A stretch of 32,000 bases of DNA, taken from Candidatus Syntropharchaeum caldarium (lineage in GTDB: Archaea > Halobacteriota > Syntropharchaeia > Syntropharchaeales > Syntropharchaeaceae). The notes beneath the pieces were generated by a model. It saw only the letters and a list, made by a program, of their open reading frames with translations. It made no database searches and was not told where the DNA came from. The stretch lies in NCBI GenBank assembly GCA_001766815.1, contig LYOS01000001.1, positions 30,001 through 62,000 of the forward strand, read 5' to 3'. Positions 28,631 through 32,000 of the stretch are shown here, one piece after another. A program made the position numbers and the translations under genes. Each line of letters begins with the position of its first letter. Positions within the stretch are counted from its first letter, which is position 1.

Positions 28631-29914
28631 TCACCATACTTCAACCTCCACTTCTTTGCCTGCAACACCCTCAAGCGCCTTCGATAAGAGAATCTTCTGC
28701 TCGTTGATCTCTGCCTCAAGCGATACGAGATACCGCTCTGAACGCTCCACCTCTTCCTGCAGGGAGTTTTGCCGTCGTTGGGATTCAATGAACGAGTCGT
28801 TGACCTCTTTATGCTCCTTCAGAATCTGGATCTCTGAAAGCTCAAGTTTCGTTCGTTCAATTTTCGACTGCAATACCTCCCGCCGCTTTTTTATTGCGGA
28901 TAGTTCAGTCTCCAGGAGTTGATCTATACATTTGAGCGACTTATCTCGCTTTCGATCCTTCAGAAGCGTGGCATCCTCATTGATGGCGTTCTTTACTGAA
29001 AGAAGAAGATTGGTAATATCTCCATCAAGTGCATTAATCGGTGATTCGAGGATCAGGGATAGTGCATCTCGCTCTTCTGAAGAAAGGTTGCAGCGCCCTG
29101 TCTCATCCTGCTTCTTCAGGAGGGTGAGCACTTTATTGATCGGCGCAAACAGTTGGCCGGCGTCTGTCTCAAGACTATCAAGTTCCTCTTCCAGCGTACG
29201 CAGAGTCTTTTCAAGCTCTTCAGACCGTCTCCATTCTTCTGATTTTTCAATCAAAGATAATCTCCGTTTTTTCTCTTCTATCTCGCTTTTCAGTGCTGAG
29301 ATAGCTTCTTTTTTCTCAGAAAGATCTGCCTTTTCCTGAACAATCTTTGCTTTCAGATCCTGCATCCTGCTGGCGATCACCGGCACCTGCTCCAGGTTCA
29401 TAATACGATCTTTCTTCCCTCTGATCGGAGCAATAAGCTGTTTGATGGCTGTTTTTAGGTGATTGACCTCTGCAAGAACTTCGTTGACCTCATCAGGAAA
29501 GAGCGATCGGACATAGTAGGCATGCTTTGCTGACCTGCCAGAAAACGATTCAAGGCTGGTGATGGTTGAATTATAAAAAGAGAGGACGGTTTTATAATCG
29601 GTCCTGTCTGGTATAACTATCTTCTCGGCAAGCGAGTTGAGCTGTTTCACCATCTTATCTCGATTTGCCAGCCCGAGTTTCCTGATCTGGGCAGGAACTG
29701 GCGTATCTTCCTGTGGGACGGCGTTCTTGAGCATCGAGGTCTTTTTTAAAAGAGCTTCGCGAACTGCATCGATCTCACGATAGACTCGATCTGCGTTTGT
29801 GTCCAGACCAGGAAATAGTGAGTTTGATGCAGCTATCAGCCACGCATCAATCCCATCGAGTGTAACAGTGGAGGGTATTTTTTCTTTGTTAAAGAGTCTC
29901 TCAAGCCATTTCAC
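28631..29914 (-). CDS. Hypothetical coiled-coil protein (427 aa)
   Basis: This long ORF has heptad-like E/K/L/R-rich segments through its C-terminal 250 residues. No catalytic motif or family is recognised. Confidence 0.55.
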   Translation of the reverse strand: MKWLERLFNKEKIPSTVTLDGIDAWLIAASNSLFPGLDTNADRVYREIDAVREALLKKTSMLKNAVPQEDTPVPAQIRKLGLANRDKMVKQLNSLAEKIVIPDRTDYKTVLSFYNSTITSLESFSGRSAKHAYYVRSLFPDEVNEVLAEVNHLKTAIKQLIAPIRGKKDRIMNLEQVPVIASRMQDLKAKIVQEKADLSEKKEAISALKSEIEEKKRRLSLIEKSEEWRRSEELEKTLRTLEEELDSLETDAGQLFAPINKVLTLLKKQDETGRCNLSSEERDALSLILESPINALDGDITNLLLSVKNAINEDATLLKDRKRDKSLKCIDQLLETELSAIKKRREVLQSKIERTKLELSEIQILKEHKEVNDSFIESQRRQNSLQEEVERSERYLVSLEAEINEQKILLSKALEGVAGKEVEVEVW

Positions 29915-30039
29915 AGATTAAATTTGATGGTGGATGGGTTTATAGTTTTGCATTAAGGTGAAGGATTTTTACAGCTAAAGTTCCAGTGCAGAAGAAGTAA
30001 TTTATGCCTTACAGATGCTTTGCAGGTTGGTACTTTATC

Positions 30040-31047
30040 TCAGAACAACCCATCGATCTCCGCCTTACAATTGAAACATCGCCCGTTTTCGATTCGATTC
30101 TCGAGGATCTTGAACCCATACCGTTCAATCAGGAGTTCTTTGCATCTGTAGCAGTAAGTATTCTCATCTCCCGTGCCTGGAACATTTCCTTCATATACGT
30201 ACCTCAAACCTTCTTCGATACCAATCTCCCTTGCACGGTGCAACGTCGAGATAGGAGTTGGAGGTGCATCAAGGAATTTGTACGTGGGATAGAACTGGCT
30301 GATATGCCATGGAATTTCCACGCCAACGTCTGCGATAAATCGTGCTATATGTCTCAGTTCATCCTCACTGTCATTGACGGTCGGCACCACGAGCGTTGTC
30401 GTCTCCAGCCAGATGCCCAACTTTTTGTACAACCTGATCGTCTCAAGAACTGGCTCAAGCTTTGCACCACACATCTTCCTGTAGGTCTCATCTTTGAAGG
30501 CTTTGAGATCGATGTTACCCGCATCAAGATAGGGAGCAATCTCTCGAAGAGCCTCCTCGCTCGTGTATCCGTTTGTAACAAAGACGTTCTTGATACCCGA
30601 TTTATGCGCGAGTTTCATCACATCGATTGCAAAATCCATGAAGATCGTCGGCTCGGTGTACGTGTACGCAATCGTCCTGCAATCCTGCTGGATCGCCAAT
30701 GCCACCACATCCGCTGGTGCTGTATCCCGACCAGGTATATCCTTGCTGGTTCTGGCGATTTGACTGATCTCCCAGTTCTGGCACCAGAGGCATCTGAAAT
30801 TGCATCCAGCGGTCGCTATCGAAAAAGATTTTGTACCAGGAAGGAAATTGAACAAAGGCTTCTTCTCGATCGGATCAACACCGCTTGCAACAAGCTTGCC
30901 ATACACCAGGCTATACAGCACGCCGTCTCTGTTTTCTCTGACAGAACAGATTCCTCGCTTATTCTCGGCTATGGTACAGAAATGGTTGCAGAGGTGGCAT
31001 TTGACCTTCTTATCTGCAAGCTTCTCATATAAAATAGCTTCTTTCAT
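30040..31047 (-). CDS. AmmeMemoRadiSam-system-type radical SAM enzyme (PflA-like activase fold)
   Basis: MKEAILYEKLADKKVKCHLCNHFCTIAENKRGICSVRENRDG... is followed by the radical SAM motif CNFRCLWCQNW and a C-terminal Cys-pair ribbon (YCYRC...CFNC). I prefer the start at ATG 31047 over GTG 31080. Confidence 0.8.
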   Translation of the reverse strand: MKEAILYEKLADKKVKCHLCNHFCTIAENKRGICSVRENRDGVLYSLVYGKLVASGVDPIEKKPLFNFLPGTKSFSIATAGCNFRCLWCQNWEISQIARTSKDIPGRDTAPADVVALAIQQDCRTIAYTYTEPTIFMDFAIDVMKLAHKSGIKNVFVTNGYTSEEALREIAPYLDAGNIDLKAFKDETYRKMCGAKLEPVLETIRLYKKLGIWLETTTLVVPTVNDSEDELRHIARFIADVGVEIPWHISQFYPTYKFLDAPPTPISTLHRAREIGIEEGLRYVYEGNVPGTGDENTYCYRCKELLIERYGFKILENRIENGRCFNCKAEIDGLF

Positions 31048-31048
31048 A

Positions 31049-31150
31049 TTAGATACCGGCATAATTACACTTTTCTCCACAATTCGGACATGTCTCTGGT
31101 GGTGTCGCCGCGGTCAACGCACATGCCACCGTCTCTTCTTCCTTTTCCAT
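31049..31150 (-). CDS. Candidate small ORF, 33 aa, four Cys (MEKEEETVACALTAATPPETCPNCGEKCNYAGI)
   Basis: AGGAGGTG lies 5 nt upstream of the ATG at 31150. The TAA stop (31049-31051) is followed by 1 nt and then the radical SAM ATG. The ORF is below the size cutoff of the supplied track, and I have no homology evidence for it. Confidence 0.35.
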   Translation of the reverse strand: MEKEEETVACALTAATPPETCPNCGEKCNYAGI

Positions 31151-31528
31151 TCATCCACCTCCTTACTGTTACCTGAATGTTGAAAAAGACGAGAAGAATA
31201 AATCTCCACACTAAGAGCTAACTCCGTAATGTATAAAAAAGTTTGTGTTGCATGCTTTTTTGTTCCTAAGTATGCTGAAGGTGGAAATATATTCATAGGT
31301 GGGTTTTTCAAAAGTTCACGCGGCAACAGATCTATCTTCGATGGGCTATTCAACTAAAGACGTGAAGTAAATGGTTGGGTTTTGAAAGTTAGAAGCAGTA
31401 GAAGGATGAGAAGAATTCCACCATTGTCGTGATTTTCTTACAAAGAGTATGCCTATTCGATCATAGTTGTAATGACTGTGAATTTTCACCCTCAAAAAAA
31501 GCTCTACTTCCTGTGATACCCAAAAATT

Positions 31529-31925
31529 TGTAGTATCCTGAAATAACTTTACACTACAACAAGATTACCACGTGAGGAAACTAACGAACAAAGATATGGC
31601 AAGAATAGTGAAACAGTGGCTTAAAGGAAAAACGATAACAAAGATAGCAGAATTCTTCCAGGTAACGATGCTACTACAGAGAACACGATTAAGGTACTCA
31701 GAGAAGGATTCACTGAATATGGCATTCCAGATGAGATACTTACCGATCACGGGACTCAGTTCGTTCCTGCAAGAGATAGGGATTCTGAAAGTCATAAATT
31801 TAAGGAGCTTGGACTGGGATGAACCAATCAATGTGTTCTTGTATAAGCTCCCTCGTCAGACGATTATGTGGTTTGGAAGGGGGTGGTGGGATGAGAAGGT
31901 GTAAATATAATTTGGGATACTACAA
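31529..31925 (+). mobile_element. Decayed, internally deleted IS relic with rve-type transposase fragments
   Basis: The ends TTGTAGTATCC (31528-31538) and GGATACTACAA (31915-31925) are inverted repeats. They are flanked by direct repeats GATACCCAAAAATT (31515-31528) and GATACCCAAAATT (31927-31939). Inside, an HTH-like fragment (RKLTNKDMARIVKQWLKGKTITKIAEFF) and, in another frame, an integrase-core fragment (EYGIPDEILTDHGTQFV) are both truncated. Confidence 0.5.
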
Positions 31926-32000
31926 CGATACCCAAAATTCGAAAAGCTTTTATATTTTCCCGTCCTATTAAACGTTTTGATGAATGAAAGAACGTGTAAA

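Noticed and set aside
28605-29339. Two Ser-rich plus-strand ORFs (105 and 135 aa)
   Set aside because: They are antisense to the E/K/L-rich coiled-coil gene. Runs of GAA, GAG and AAG codons read as TTC, CTC and CTT on the other strand and generate Ser/Phe/Leu-rich open frames. This is a low-complexity artefact.
30004-31032. 342-aa plus-strand ORF covering almost the whole AmmeMemoRadiSam gene on the opposite strand
   Set aside because: The minus-strand frame carries unmistakable radical SAM motifs and the family N-terminus. The plus-strand product has no motifs and odd composition, so it is a shadow ORF.
31114-31353. 79-aa minus-strand ORF upstream of the radical SAM gene
   Set aside because: It overlaps the better-supported 33-aa ORF in another frame, lacks a ribosome-binding signal, and has no recognisable motif.
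1-32000. CRISPR arrays, rRNA genes, or tandem repeat arrays
   Set aside because: I scanned for regularly spaced direct repeats and rRNA-like conserved blocks and found none.

Overview
The window looks like a euryarchaeal chromosome segment, methanogen or Methanosarcinales-like. This is inferred from a class I LysRS, a thermosome, archaeal-type ApgM, a DGGGP-synthase-like UbiA enzyme, an HdrD-like Fe-S protein and an archaeal PheRS beta subunit. Most of it is densely packed housekeeping DNA: lysK, a B12-type radical SAM gene, an AEC permease, nadA, a DUF2284 gene, the thermosome, a pheA-DUF362-pheT-purE string, tRNA-Lys(CUU), apgM, a divergent livHM / livKGF transporter cluster and an AmmeMemoRadiSam-type radical SAM gene. 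The exception is a visibly AT-richer block at about 5.73-13.62 kb on the minus strand. It holds one tightly coupled operon: hsdR, hsdM, a 178-aa ORF, hsdS and a 238-aa ORF. Both extra ORFs carry an R-N-x3-H (HEPN-type Rx4H) motif. The 238-aa ORF resembles the TIGR02391/Hypoth_ymh family. The 178-aa ORF matches no family I recognise and is my best candidate for an undescribed R-M-embedded effector. The hsdS gene is split by a 1097-bp IS630-family element with 17-bp inverted repeats and a TA duplication. Removing it in silico restores a 436-aa HsdS reading frame exactly. A diverged second copy of the hsdS 3' end lies beyond the 238-aa gene. Other points of note are a solo copy of the IS630 inverted repeat upstream of the thermosome promoter, a 33-aa four-Cys ORF with a strong Shine-Dalgarno-like (SD) sequence that ends 1 nt before the radical SAM start, a tRNA ending 12 nt before apgM, and a decayed deletion-derivative IS at 31.5-31.9 kb. 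No CRISPR array or rRNA was seen. All family assignments come from motif reading by eye, not from searches.
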